From Rubricoccaceae bacterium (GTDB lineage Bacteria; Bacteroidota; Rhodothermia; Rhodothermales; Rubricoccaceae): a stretch of DNA of 64,000 nt. The notes under the pieces are model-generated. The model worked only from the letters and a program-made list of their open reading frames with translations. It was not told the origin of the DNA and did no database searches. Positions within the stretch are counted from its first letter, which is position 1. Every line of letters starts with the position of its first letter. The position numbers and the translations under genes were made by a program. Of this stretch, positions 24,907-34,179 are shown in pieces. Where the stretch lies: NCBI GenBank assembly GCA_033720695.1, contig JAWWCA010000001.1, positions 634-64,633 of the forward strand, in the 5' to 3' direction.

Positions 24907-25590
24907 GTGTCCGCCGTCGACCTCCCCCCGCCCTTCCCGGGCTTCTCGCAAGCCGGCCTCGACGTCCTGCGCGACCTCGCGGACAACAACGACCGTGACT
25001 GGTTCAACGCCCGCAAGAGCGTCTACCTCGACCACCTCAAGGGGCCCCTCGACCTCCTCGTCGCCGACGTCGCCCGACGCCTCGCCGAGCGCGGCATCCC
25101 GTACACCGCCGGCCGGCCGTTCCGGATCTACCGCGACGTCCGCTTCTCCAAAGACAAGCGACCCTACCAGACGCACGTCAGCGCCCAGTTCACACGCCCC
25201 GACAGCGACGACCCCGCGCTCATCTACGTCCACGTCGCCCCGGGCGCCTCCTTCGTCGCCATGGGGGTCTACCGCCCCAGCGTCGCCTACCTCCGGCCCG
25301 TCCGCCGCCGCATCGTGGACCGCTGGAACGACGTCGTGGCCATGCGCGACGCGCTCGGCGACGCAGGCCTGACCCTCGGCCCCGCCGGCGACCCCCTCAC
25401 GGGGATGCCGCAGGGCTTCGCGGCCGAGCGCGACCACGAGGGCGCCGAGCTCGTGCGCTGGCAGAGCCTCGTCGCGCAACGCGCGCTCGACGACGCCGAC
25501 ATCCGCGAACCCCAGCTCTCCGACCGCGTCGTCCAGGCCGCCGCCCACGCCAAGCCCCTCTTCGACTTCCTCGACGCCGCCCACGCCTGA
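24907..25590 (+). CDS. DUF2461 (TIGR02453) family protein
   Basis: Track ORF, 227 aa: FPGFSQAGLDVLRDLADNNDRDWFNARKSVY ... FRIYRDVRFSKDKRPYQTHV. Confidence 0.85.
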   Translation: MSAVDLPPPFPGFSQAGLDVLRDLADNNDRDWFNARKSVYLDHLKGPLDLLVADVARRLAERGIPYTAGRPFRIYRDVRFSKDKRPYQTHVSAQFTRPDSDDPALIYVHVAPGASFVAMGVYRPSVAYLRPVRRRIVDRWNDVVAMRDALGDAGLTLGPAGDPLTGMPQGFAAERDHEGAELVRWQSLVAQRALDDADIREPQLSDRVVQAAAHAKPLFDFLDAAHA

Positions 25591-25601
25591 CCCCTCAGCC
25601 C

Positions 25602-25886
25602 ATGCCGCACCTCCTCGTCTGGAACCAGGTCCGCGACTTCGCGCGCTGGCTCGCCGTCTTCGAAGCCGACGCCGAGGCCCATCGCGAGGCCGGCCTCGAG
25701 CTCGAGCGCGTCTGGCGAACGCGCGACGACCCGAACCAGGTCTTCTTCGTGTTCTTCGTCGGCGATCTCGAGCGCGCCAACGCGTTCATGGACGACCCGG
25801 TCGCGAAGGAGCACGCCGAGGCCGCAGGCGTCGTGCGCGGCTTCGCGCACTTCCTCGACGCCGTGCCCCTCGCGCCCGAGACGTGA
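25602..25886 (+). CDS. small alpha/beta-barrel (ABM/Dabb-like) hypothetical protein
   Basis: Track ORF, 94 aa: MPHLLVWNQVRDFARWLAVFEADAEAHREAGLELERVWRTRDDPNQVFFVFFVGDLERANAFMDDP. The family call is tentative. Confidence 0.55.
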   Translation: MPHLLVWNQVRDFARWLAVFEADAEAHREAGLELERVWRTRDDPNQVFFVFFVGDLERANAFMDDPVAKEHAEAAGVVRGFAHFLDAVPLAPET

Positions 25887-25899
25887 GCCGTCCCTGGAC

Positions 25900-26286
25900 C
25901 TACCCCCTCGGCGGCCGATACGTCGCCGTCAAGCAGCCGCCCACCCCCTCCAACGGCGTCACCTCCAGCTCCACCCCCTCCGCGGCCGAGGCGTCGACCG
26001 CCTCCAGACCCAACCCGGACAGCGTCGCCGCCACCGCCGAGCCCCGCGCGCCGTCCGTGATGCACACCGTCACGACGCCGTCCACGTGCGAGACGCTCAC
26101 CGTCAACGGGCCGCCGCCCGCCACCACGACCCGCTCCAGAACCCGGCCCACCACCGACAGGAGCGGCGGCGGATACGTCTCGGCATATCCACGCAGCCCC
26201 GGCACCACGTCGATCCGGACCCCATGCGACTGCGCGATCGCCTCGATCGCCGCCGCCAGCGTGTCAGTGGACTCTGCGCTCGTCAT
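25900..26286 (-). CDS. stand-alone, apparently degenerate histidine-kinase-like ATPase (HATPase_c-like) domain protein
   Basis: ATG at 26286 within track ORF 25900..26553: ...LLSVVGRVLERVVVAGGGPLTVSVSHVDGVVTVCITDGARG...LSGLGLEAVDASAAEGVELEVTPLEGVGGCLTATY. This is the order of the N / G1 / G2-like blocks, but the N-box Asn is not evident. Confidence 0.45.
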   Translation of the reverse strand: MTSAESTDTLAAAIEAIAQSHGVRIDVVPGLRGYAETYPPPLLSVVGRVLERVVVAGGGPLTVSVSHVDGVVTVCITDGARGSAVAATLSGLGLEAVDASAAEGVELEVTPLEGVGGCLTATYRPPRG

Positions 26287-26353
26287 CGACCGGCTCGTTC
26301 GGCCGACCTCTACGCGCAGCGCCCCTGAAGGTGCCCACGCCCGTGCCGACCGC

Positions 26354-26998
26354 CTAGGCAGAGCCCGCGGGCGGTTCCGCCGCTCCGCCCGCCGCCGCCT
26401 GCTGCGCCAGTAGACGCGACACCAGCGACCGCGCCGCCTCGGCCTCCGACGACGACGCCGCCTCCGCATAGCGCACGAGCGCGGCGTCGGCGCCCTCGCC
26501 GTCGCCACACACCGCGCACGCCAGCGCGAGGTTGTACACCGCGTCCGCCGCACCGTCGTCGTCGCTCAACCCCACCGCGACGTGCAGGTGGAGCCGCGCC
26601 GAGACGAACTGCCCGAGGTGCAGGTGCAGGCACCCCACGTTGTAGTGGGTCGCGACGTGCGCGGGGTCCTGGACGAGCGCCTCCGCAAACGCACGAAATG
26701 CGCCGTCGTAGTCCTCCGCATGGACGGACAGCAGGCCGAGGTTGCACAGCGCGTCCGCCGCGTACCCCTCGTCCGCAGCCGCCGCCTGACGGTACGCTTC
26801 CGCCGCTTCCGGACGGCCCGTCATGTCCAGCGCGAGCGCCCGACGAAACGGGTCGTCGTCGCCCCGGTCGAGCGGCACCACCCGCCCCGCAGCCCCCCAC
26901 AGGTTGAGCTGCCCCGGCGGCGAGGTGCGCCGCGGCCGTACCCGACGGAATCGGGGCGTCCCCTCCTCGATCGTGACCAGCTGCATCGAGTGCGCCAT
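26354..26998 (-). CDS. TPR-repeat protein, translationally coupled to ku
   Basis: Track ORF, 214 aa. Repeated A..Y..A......A.a..nLG.l motifs (AAEAYRQAAAAD..ADALCNLGLL, GAFRAFAEALVQDP..ATHYNVGCL). Its ATG (26998-26996) shares one base with the ku stop (27000-26998). Confidence 0.7.
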   Translation of the reverse strand: MAHSMQLVTIEEGTPRFRRVRPRRTSPPGQLNLWGAAGRVVPLDRGDDDPFRRALALDMTGRPEAAEAYRQAAAADEGYAADALCNLGLLSVHAEDYDGAFRAFAEALVQDPAHVATHYNVGCLHLHLGQFVSARLHLHVAVGLSDDDGAADAVYNLALACAVCGDGEGADAALVRYAEAASSSEAEAARSLVSRLLAQQAAAGGAAEPPAGSA

Positions 26999-27894
26999 CA
27001 GCTTCCGGTCTTCTTCCGCTTGGTGGAGGTCTTCTTCGCGGCCGTCTTCTTCGCGGCCGTCTTCTTCGCGGCCGTCTTCTTCGCGCCCGTCGCTCGCTTC
27101 GCCGGCTTCGCCTGCGCCTTGGCCTCCTCGATGCTCGCCTGCAGCGCTGCCATCACGTCTGTCACAGGGGCCGCGGCCGGCGTCTCCGACACGATCACTT
27201 CACGCCCCTCGATCTTCGCATGCACCATCTCGACGACCGCCTCAGTGTACCGGTCGACGAGCCCCGGCGACAGGTCATCGAACGACTTCGTCAAGAGCTC
27301 GATCAGCTGGCCCGCCACCGCCACCTCATCCGCCTTCGGCTCCGCCACGTCATCGAGCTCCGGGACGGCCTCCATGGACCGCAGCTCGGACGGGTACCGA
27401 AGCTCGTGGAACACCATCCCGTCGTCGTGTACGCGAACCGCCATGATCGTCTCCCGCCCGCGGAGCACCACCCGGCCAATCCCCACCTTCCCACTCTCCC
27501 GGATCGCCTCCCGAAGCAGACCATACGTCTTCGCCGCCACCGGGCCGTTCGGCCCCACATAGTACGGCTTCTCGTACAGCGCCACCGGCACGTCGCCGTC
27601 CTCGACGAACCCCTCGATCTCCAGGACCTTCGTGCTCTCCAGCGCGAGCTCCTTCAACTCGTCGTCGTCGATCACCACGTACTGGTCCTCGTCCACCTGG
27701 TACCCCTTCACGATGTCGCCGCTGGAGACCTCCTTCCCGCACACCTTGCACACCTTCTGGTACGAGATGCGGCCCATGTCCTCCTTGTGGAGCTGGTTGA
27801 ACCGGACCGTCTTCGCCGTCTCGGTCGCGGTGTAGACTTTCACCGGGACGGTGAAGATGTTCATCTTGATGTGGCCGTTCCAGATCGATCGCAT
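26998..27894 (-). CDS. ku: non-homologous end joining protein Ku
   Basis: ATG at 27894 within track ORF 26998..28212: MRSIWNGHIKMNIFTVPVKVYTATE...VRFNQLHKEDMGRISYQKVC ... KGYQVDEDQYVVIDDDEL ... YEKPYYVGPNG. Lys-rich C-terminal tail with (AKKTA) repeats. Confidence 0.92.
   Translation of the reverse strand: MRSIWNGHIKMNIFTVPVKVYTATETAKTVRFNQLHKEDMGRISYQKVCKVCGKEVSSGDIVKGYQVDEDQYVVIDDDELKELALESTKVLEIEGFVEDGDVPVALYEKPYYVGPNGPVAAKTYGLLREAIRESGKVGIGRVVLRGRETIMAVRVHDDGMVFHELRYPSELRSMEAVPELDDVAEPKADEVAVAGQLIELLTKSFDDLSPGLVDRYTEAVVEMVHAKIEGREVIVSETPAAAPVTDVMAALQASIEEAKAQAKPAKRATGAKKTAAKKTAAKKTAAKKTSTKRKKTGS
27031..27090. repeat. 4 x 15-bp tandem repeat CTTCTTCGCGGCCGT inside the ku 3' end
   Basis: Three perfect copies at 27031, 27046 and 27061, and one copy with a single mismatch at 27076. 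Encodes the AKKTAAKKTAAKKTAAKKT tail. Confidence 0.9.
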
Positions 27895-27898
27895 GGGG

Positions 27899-30247
27899 CT
27901 AGTCGGTTGGTGGCGGCGTCTCGTCCAAGGCCTCGCCAAGCAGGTCCTCTGCTGCGAGGTCGGCACGGAGCCGGAGGAAGGTCGGCGCGCGGAAGCGGCC
28001 GTCCGATGTGATCTCGTGATAGCGAACCGTGCACACCAGCGACGGCTCGACCCACGTGGTGCCCGGCGCACGAACCCCCTTCGCGACCGCCGGCCGAGGC
28101 GTCGTGTCGAGGGCGTCCAGCTGCGCGCGCACCTCGGTGAGCGCACGGTCGTCGAAGCCGCCCCCCACCCGGCCCCGATACAACAACCCGTCCGGAGACG
28201 GCTCCGCGACATGCACCGCCCCGAACGTCGCGGAGCGGTACCCCTCGCCGGGGGTGTACCCTATCACCACGACCTCCGCCGTCCCCTCCACCTTCACCTT
28301 CACCCAGCAGTCGGACCGGCGCCCCTCGTGATACGCGCCGTCAACGCGCTTGCCCATGACGCCCTCCAGGCCGTGCTCCCCCACCGCCGCCAGGAGCGCC
28401 GGCCCGTCACTCAGCGCCTCCGACAGCCGGTACGGACCCTCGCCCTGCCCCACCACCGTCTCCAACCACGCGCGGCGACGGTGCCACGGCTCCTTGACCA
28501 CGGGCCGCCCATCGAGGTACAGCACATCGAACACGTACGCGTGAGCCGGCCACCGACGCCGCGCCCACTCCGCCGACTGCGAGCCGCCCGTTCGCTGCAG
28601 CCGCCGCAACACGTTCCCGAACACCGGGTGGCCTGCGTCGTCCAGGCACACGATCTCGCAGTCGAGCACCGCCGAAATCGTCCGAAGACCCCCAACGTCC
28701 TGAAGCTCCGGGAACATCGCCGTGTAGTCCCGGCCGCGCCGCCCCCAGATCCGCACCGCCCCCTCATCGATTGCGACGAGACCGCGCAGCCCATCCCACT
28801 TCACCTCGAACCGCCAGTCGCGCCCCGCAGGCACCGCAGACCGCCGCTCCGCGAGCATCGGCGCTGGCGGCGCACCCAACCACGCGCGCGGAGGCTCGTC
28901 CAGCCGCTCGAGCAACCACTCCTGGCCCCGCGTCTGCACCAGCCGATACCGGCCGGCCAAGCCATCGCTCTCCAGCGACACGTACACCTTGTCGTCAGCG
29001 AACGTCTCGGCCCGATACCGGCCGGCCGCGAACACCCACATCTCTCCGCCCCCGTACTGCCCCTTCGGGATCGTCCCCTCGAACGTCAAGTACTCCACCG
29101 GGTGGTCCTCCGTCTGGATCGCCAGCCGCTTCACGCCCGGCCGCGGGGGCAGGCCCTTCGGAACCGCCCACGAACGGAGCACGCCACGATGCTCAAGGCG
29201 GAGGTCGTAGTGGAGCCGGCTCGCCGCGTGACGGTGGACCACGAAGGCGCTTCCCGCCCCCACGCGCACACCCGGCGGGGGCTCGGGCGTGCCCCCACCG
29301 CCGAACACCCGCTTCTCCGCATACGTCGACAGCGCGCCGTCGCCGCCCACCTCCACCTCGTCTCGACGCGTGTGCAAGGGCACGGCGAACGCGGCCATCC
29401 CGGCCCACGCATCGCCGCCCTCCGCCAACCGATCCGGAACCGTCTCGATCGTGAACGCCATCGGGTCGGACGTCGCTTCCAGCGTCTCCCAGGACACCGG
29501 ATACGACACCGGGGCGCCGGGGCGGCCACGCAGACTGTACGGGCTCACGATCGTCTGACGGCCCCGGTGACGGTACACGTCCACGAGCGTCTTGTCCACC
29601 CGGCGCTGCTTCGACAGCGTCAGGGTCACGTCGCCCGGGCGCCGCCGTGCGAACGACTGCGCCAGACCCTTCACCGCCGCAAACACCACGTCCTCCGGCC
29701 ACCGCGGGAGGACCGGCGCCACCACGTGGAGCCCCCGCCCCCCCGTCGTCTTGACGTACGGATGGTACCCGTGGTCTGCCAGGTGCTCGCGGAGCGCCAG
29801 CGCGAGGCCCACCGTCTCCGCGAACGGCGCCTCCTCGGGCGGGTCCAGATCGAACACCACGTAGTCGGGGTGATCCGGCACGGGAACGCGGCCGTGCCCC
29901 TGGTGCAGCTCCAGCGCCGCCGAGTTCGCGAGCCACACCAGCGAGGCCTCGTCCTGCACCGTCGGGTGCTCCTTCACGTCCTCCCCCTCCAGGCGCACCA
30001 CCTCCAGCCACGCCGGCGCACCCCGCGGCCGGTTCTTCTGAAAGAAGCGCTCCGCCTCGATCCCGTCCGGGAAACGAACCAGCGTCAGCGGCCGCCCGGC
30101 GACGTGCGGCACCAGCACCGGCGCGACCCGCAGGTAATACTGGATCACCTCGGCCTTCAGGATCGGGCCGGGGTACAGGGGCTTTTGAAGGTTCGACAGC
30201 GTCAGCCGCCGACCGCCGACCTTGACGTGGGTGTCCCGCGTGGGCAT
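27899..30247 (-). CDS. ligD: ATP-dependent DNA ligase D (Pol-PE-Lig domain order)
   Basis: Track ORF, 782 aa. N-terminal primase-polymerase domain (VKVGGRRLTLSNLQKPLYP...), phosphoesterase domain (FVVHRHAASRLHYDLRLE) and ligase adenylation motif FEVKWDGLRG. The stop is 4 nt before the ku start. Confidence 0.92.
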   Translation of the reverse strand: MPTRDTHVKVGGRRLTLSNLQKPLYPGPILKAEVIQYYLRVAPVLVPHVAGRPLTLVRFPDGIEAERFFQKNRPRGAPAWLEVVRLEGEDVKEHPTVQDEASLVWLANSAALELHQGHGRVPVPDHPDYVVFDLDPPEEAPFAETVGLALALREHLADHGYHPYVKTTGGRGLHVVAPVLPRWPEDVVFAAVKGLAQSFARRRPGDVTLTLSKQRRVDKTLVDVYRHRGRQTIVSPYSLRGRPGAPVSYPVSWETLEATSDPMAFTIETVPDRLAEGGDAWAGMAAFAVPLHTRRDEVEVGGDGALSTYAEKRVFGGGGTPEPPPGVRVGAGSAFVVHRHAASRLHYDLRLEHRGVLRSWAVPKGLPPRPGVKRLAIQTEDHPVEYLTFEGTIPKGQYGGGEMWVFAAGRYRAETFADDKVYVSLESDGLAGRYRLVQTRGQEWLLERLDEPPRAWLGAPPAPMLAERRSAVPAGRDWRFEVKWDGLRGLVAIDEGAVRIWGRRGRDYTAMFPELQDVGGLRTISAVLDCEIVCLDDAGHPVFGNVLRRLQRTGGSQSAEWARRRWPAHAYVFDVLYLDGRPVVKEPWHRRRAWLETVVGQGEGPYRLSEALSDGPALLAAVGEHGLEGVMGKRVDGAYHEGRRSDCWVKVKVEGTAEVVVIGYTPGEGYRSATFGAVHVAEPSPDGLLYRGRVGGGFDDRALTEVRAQLDALDTTPRPAVAKGVRAPGTTWVEPSLVCTVRYHEITSDGRFRAPTFLRLRADLAAEDLLGEALDETPPPTD

Positions 30248-30449
30248 GCCGGACCCCAGTATCGCCCGCCCGCCCCGTACGATTCAATGCCCAGGCGCGT
30301 CAGCCATCCACCCTCGCAACCTCGCGCCATCGGCGCGGGCCCAGGACGCCCGAGGCGCACCCGTCTTAACGTCGCCTTCACCGTCGCTCGGCCACCGCCA
30401 ACCCACCGCACCTCTGTCCCCACAATGGGACCTCGACGAGGCCTTCGCC

Positions 30450-31508
30450 CTACAGCGGCAGCCGAAGCTGGACACCCACCACCAAGGCGTCCCCAGACAC
30501 GAGGTTCGAGGCCGATACCCCGAGGAGTCGGTACGCCCCGAAAATCTCTGGCTCGTGGAGCAGACGCCCCGCCACCCCCGCGAGCGCGTCGGCCGTCCAC
30601 ACCGCCCCGTCGACCGTCTCCCGCCGCGTCACGGTCTCGAACGACGGAGACCGCGCCTTCAGCGTGACCGTCCGCGCCGCCAGCCGATGCCGGGCCATCC
30701 GCTCCGCCACCCGCGAGGCCAACGCCTCCAACGCCTCGTCGGTCTCGCCGCGCGTCCGCAACGGCTCGAAATACGTCCGCTCCGCACCGACCGACTTGCG
30801 CGCACGCCGCTCGCCCACGCGGCGGTCGTCGTCGCCCGCCGCGAGTCGGGCCAGCCACCGGCCCGTCCGACCCAGCATCGCCTCGAGCGCATCGGGGCTG
30901 AACCGCTGAAGGTCCGCGCCGGTCTGGATCCCACGACGCGCCAGCCGCGCGGCTGTGGCCGGGCCCACGCCGTGGAACCGCTCCACCGGCAACCCGGCCA
31001 GGAACGTGCGGACCGCAGGCGGAGGGACCACCGTCAAGCCGTCCGGCTTGTCGTGCGCCGACGCCACCTTCGCCACGAACTTCGACGGCGCCACGCCCAC
31101 GGAGGCCGTCAACCCCGTAGCCTCCAGAACGTCCGCGCGGATAGACGCCCCGAGCTGGGCCGCCGGCCCCGCCGCATCCGAGAGGTCGAGGTAGGCCTCG
31201 TCCAACCCCACCACGTCACGCCGCTCCGCATACGCCGCCAGAACCCCGTGGAAGGCCTCCGACGCGGCCTTGTAGGCCTCGAAGCGCGGCTTGACGCACA
31301 CGAGATCCGGGCACCGGCGGAGCGCCTGGCCCACCGGCATCGCGCTCCGGACGCCGAACGCCCGCGCCTCGTACGACGCCGCCATCACCACGCCCCGCGT
31401 CCGACCACCGACCGCCACCGGCCGGCCCCGGAGCGCGGGGTCGTCGCGCTGCTCGACGGAGGCGTAGAACGCGTCGAGGTCGACGTGGGCGATGCGGCGA
31501 AAGGCCAC
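30450..31508 (-). CDS. dinB: DNA polymerase IV (Y-family)
   Basis: Track ORF 30450..31583. The probable start is GTG at 31508 (VAFRRIAHVDLDAFYASVEQRDDPALRGRPVAVGG). The upstream 25 codons are Gly/Arg/Thr-rich and the start is uncertain. Confidence 0.85.
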   Translation of the reverse strand: MAFRRIAHVDLDAFYASVEQRDDPALRGRPVAVGGRTRGVVMAASYEARAFGVRSAMPVGQALRRCPDLVCVKPRFEAYKAASEAFHGVLAAYAERRDVVGLDEAYLDLSDAAGPAAQLGASIRADVLEATGLTASVGVAPSKFVAKVASAHDKPDGLTVVPPPAVRTFLAGLPVERFHGVGPATAARLARRGIQTGADLQRFSPDALEAMLGRTGRWLARLAAGDDDRRVGERRARKSVGAERTYFEPLRTRGETDEALEALASRVAERMARHRLAARTVTLKARSPSFETVTRRETVDGAVWTADALAGVAGRLLHEPEIFGAYRLLGVSASNLVSGDALVVGVQLRLPL

Positions 31509-31636
31509 GGGGGAGGGCGTGGGCGTCCCGGTGGTTCGCCCCACACCACGCCCAGGTTTCGCCCAACGACCGACCAGACGCACGGCCTCGAACGACGATC
31601 AAGACCGTGCGTACGTACAGCCCGATCCCCAGCGCC

Positions 31637-33337
31637 ATGACGAACAACGACGTGGCCGCCGCCCTCGCCGAGGTGGCCGATCTCCTCGCGATCGAAGACG
31701 CCAACGCGTTCCGCGTGCGAGCCTACCGCCGCGCCGCCGACGTCGTGCGACAGCACCCCGACCCCGTCGCCGGCATGGACCAGGCCGCACTTACCGCCCT
31801 CCCCGGACTGGGCAAGGACCTCGCCGGCAAGATCCGGGACCTCACAGACACCGGCCACCTCGCCGTCCTCGACGAGCTCCGCCACCGCCTCGGACCCGAC
31901 GTCCGGTCGCTGCTCAACGTCCGGGGCCTCGGCCCCAAACGCGTCGGCCAGCTCCGGCGCGAGCTCGGCGTGACGACGCTCGCCGACCTCCACGACGCGC
32001 TCGAGTCCGGTCGCGTCCAGGCCCTCGATGGGTTCGGCGACGCCCTCGTCGCCCGCCTCCGCGACGCGGCCGAGGCCGCCGAACGACACGCCGGCCGCGT
32101 GCTCTGGAGCCACGCCGACCAGGCCCTCCAGCCCCTCCTCGACCACCTCCGCACGCGGCATGTCGACCGCATCGCCGCCGCCGGCTCGTACCGGCGGGGC
32201 CGCGAAACCGTCGGCGACCTCGACCTCCTCGCCATGTCGGACGACGCCGACGCCGTCATGGCGGCCTTCCGCGCCTACCCAGGGGTCGAGGTCGTGGAGG
32301 CCTCCGGCCCGACCAAAACGACCGCCCACCTCCGCGGCGGGCTTCAGGTCGACCTCCGCGTCGTCGAACCGGCGGCGTGGGGCGCTGCACTCGTCTACTT
32401 CACCGGCAGCAAAGAGCACGGGATCGCGCTCCGAAACCGGGCCCTCCGCCGAAGCCTCAAGGTGAACGAGTACGGCGTGTGGGACGGCGAGCAGCGCGTC
32501 GCCGGCGCCGCCGAAGAGGACGTCTACGCCGCGCTCGGGCTCGCCTGGATCCCCCCAGAGCTCCGCGAGGCCGACGGCGAAATCGACCTCGCGGAGCGGG
32601 GCGCGCTCCCCCAACTCCTCCACCGAGACCACCTCCGCGGCGACCTCCACGTCCACACCACGTGGTCCGACGGACGCGACGACCTCGAAACGATGGTCCG
32701 GGCGGCCACCGAGCAGGGGCACCACTACCTCGCCATCACCGACCACTCCCCGCTGCTGCCCATGGTCAACGGCCTCGACGCCGGACGCCTCGCACGCCAG
32801 GCCGCCGCCATCGCCGAGCTCCACACCCCGGGCCTGCGCGTGCTGCGGGGTTGCGAGGTCGACATCCTCCCGGATGGCTCCCTCGACCTCCCAGACGCTG
32901 CGCTCCAGGACCTCCACGTCCGCGTGTGCTCTGTGCACACCGCGCTCGACCTCGACGCCGACGCCCAAACGGCTCGGCTCCTCCGCGCCTTCGAGAACCC
33001 CTACATGCAGATCTGGGGCCACCCCACCAGCCGGCTCCTCCTCAAACGCGACGGCATCGCCTTCGACCAAGAGGCCGTCCTCGACGCCGCCGCCCACCAC
33101 GGCATCGCCATCGAGCTCAACGCACAACCCGACCGACTCGACGCCAGCGTCGCCTTCGCTCGCGCGGCCCACGCCCGCGGCATCCCCCTCGTCGTCAACA
33201 CCGACGCCCACGCCGTGGCCGAGCTCGACCACCTCTCCCACGGCATCCGCCAGGCCCGGCGCGCCGGGCTCTCCAAGAAGGACGTCCTGAACACACGCGG
33301 CACGACGGCCATGCTCGCGCGTCTCCGACAGGCGTGA
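31637..33337 (+). CDS. polX: family X DNA polymerase with C-terminal PHP domain (PolX)
   Basis: ATG 31637 within track ORF 31607..33337: NDVAAALAEVADLLAIEDANAFRVRAYRRAA (8-kDa/HhH), GSYRRGRETVGDLDLL (nucleotidyltransferase), PHP motifs DLHVHTTWSDG and HYLAITDHS. Confidence 0.9.
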   Translation: MTNNDVAAALAEVADLLAIEDANAFRVRAYRRAADVVRQHPDPVAGMDQAALTALPGLGKDLAGKIRDLTDTGHLAVLDELRHRLGPDVRSLLNVRGLGPKRVGQLRRELGVTTLADLHDALESGRVQALDGFGDALVARLRDAAEAAERHAGRVLWSHADQALQPLLDHLRTRHVDRIAAAGSYRRGRETVGDLDLLAMSDDADAVMAAFRAYPGVEVVEASGPTKTTAHLRGGLQVDLRVVEPAAWGAALVYFTGSKEHGIALRNRALRRSLKVNEYGVWDGEQRVAGAAEEDVYAALGLAWIPPELREADGEIDLAERGALPQLLHRDHLRGDLHVHTTWSDGRDDLETMVRAATEQGHHYLAITDHSPLLPMVNGLDAGRLARQAAAIAELHTPGLRVLRGCEVDILPDGSLDLPDAALQDLHVRVCSVHTALDLDADAQTARLLRAFENPYMQIWGHPTSRLLLKRDGIAFDQEAVLDAAAHHGIAIELNAQPDRLDASVAFARAAHARGIPLVVNTDAHAVAELDHLSHGIRQARRAGLSKKDVLNTRGTTAMLARLRQA

Positions 33338-33411
33338 ATGCGTCGCCGTATACTCCTCGTCCCATCACGGCGCCCCCTCCCTCCGACCCTGCACCTCGAC
33401 CCGCTCGCCTC

Positions 33412-34047
33412 ATGCGAGAGCCCCTCACCGCCCGACAGAATGAGGCCTACGAGTTCATCCGCGATCGGCTCGAGCGCGATGGCCGAGCCCCGTCCGTCCA
33501 CGAAATCCAAGCGGCCCTCAACGTTCGGTCGACCAACTCCGTCGCGAAGCACGTCAACGCCCTCATCAGGAAGGGGTACCTCACCCGTGAGCCGCACCTC
33601 GCTCGCTCGCTCGCCCTCGCCGACGACCCGTCGGGGGGGGGCTCCCCGACCCTGCCGCTCATCCGCGGGCCCCGGAGCGAGGCCCCCCACCTCCTCCGGA
33701 AGCGGCCCGTACGCGATCTCGTCGTCGACCCCGCACTCCTCGGCGGCGCGCCCGCAGGAGAATGCCTCGTGATGCGACTCGACGACGACGCCATGGCCCC
33801 GGACAGCGTGTTCACCGGGGACCTCGTCGTCGTCCACGAGGCCGAGCCCGAATCCCTCCAGCGCGGACGCCTCGTCGCCGCCGTCGTCGGCCGGCACACC
33901 CTCGCCCGGCGCCTCTTCCACACCGACGGCGGGGTCCTGCTCCGGGCCGCCGAGCCGCGATACCACGACATCCTCGTGCGTCCGAACAGTGCGGACGCCT
34001 TCATCGTCGGTCGCATCACCGCCGTCCTCCGATCCCTCGAAGCATGA
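33412..34047 (+). CDS. LexA-like repressor with substituted self-cleavage residues
   Basis: ATG 33412 within artefactual ORF 31492..34047. LexA wHTH (SVHEIQAALNVRSTNSVAKHVNALIRKGYL) and an S24-like C-terminal domain. It reads RLDDDAMAPD where LexA has GDSM, and HTLARRLF where LexA has T-V-K-R-L. The linker reads LIRGPRS instead of an Ala-Gly site. Confidence 0.75.
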   Translation: MREPLTARQNEAYEFIRDRLERDGRAPSVHEIQAALNVRSTNSVAKHVNALIRKGYLTREPHLARSLALADDPSGGGSPTLPLIRGPRSEAPHLLRKRPVRDLVVDPALLGGAPAGECLVMRLDDDAMAPDSVFTGDLVVVHEAEPESLQRGRLVAAVVGRHTLARRLFHTDGGVLLRAAEPRYHDILVRPNSADAFIVGRITAVLRSLEA

Positions 34048-34179
34048 CGGCGCAGGACCTCGCGCTCGACCTCCTCGCACGCCAGGACGCAGCGAATCGC
34101 CCGAGCTGATCACGGGCTCTCCGCCGAGCAGGGACCTCAGCGCTCCCGCACGCCCCCCTCCTCTCTCGTCTCCCCGCTT

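Noticed and set aside
31605-31620. CTGTACGTACGCACGG on the minus strand, 17 nt upstream of polX. It resembles the gamma-proteobacterial SOS box CTGT-N8-ACAG with one mismatch.
   Set aside because: It is a single occurrence with a mismatch in the conserved arm. It is unlike the palindromes in front of lexA itself. The LexA motif of this lineage is unknown to me, and chance cannot be excluded without a genome-wide scan.
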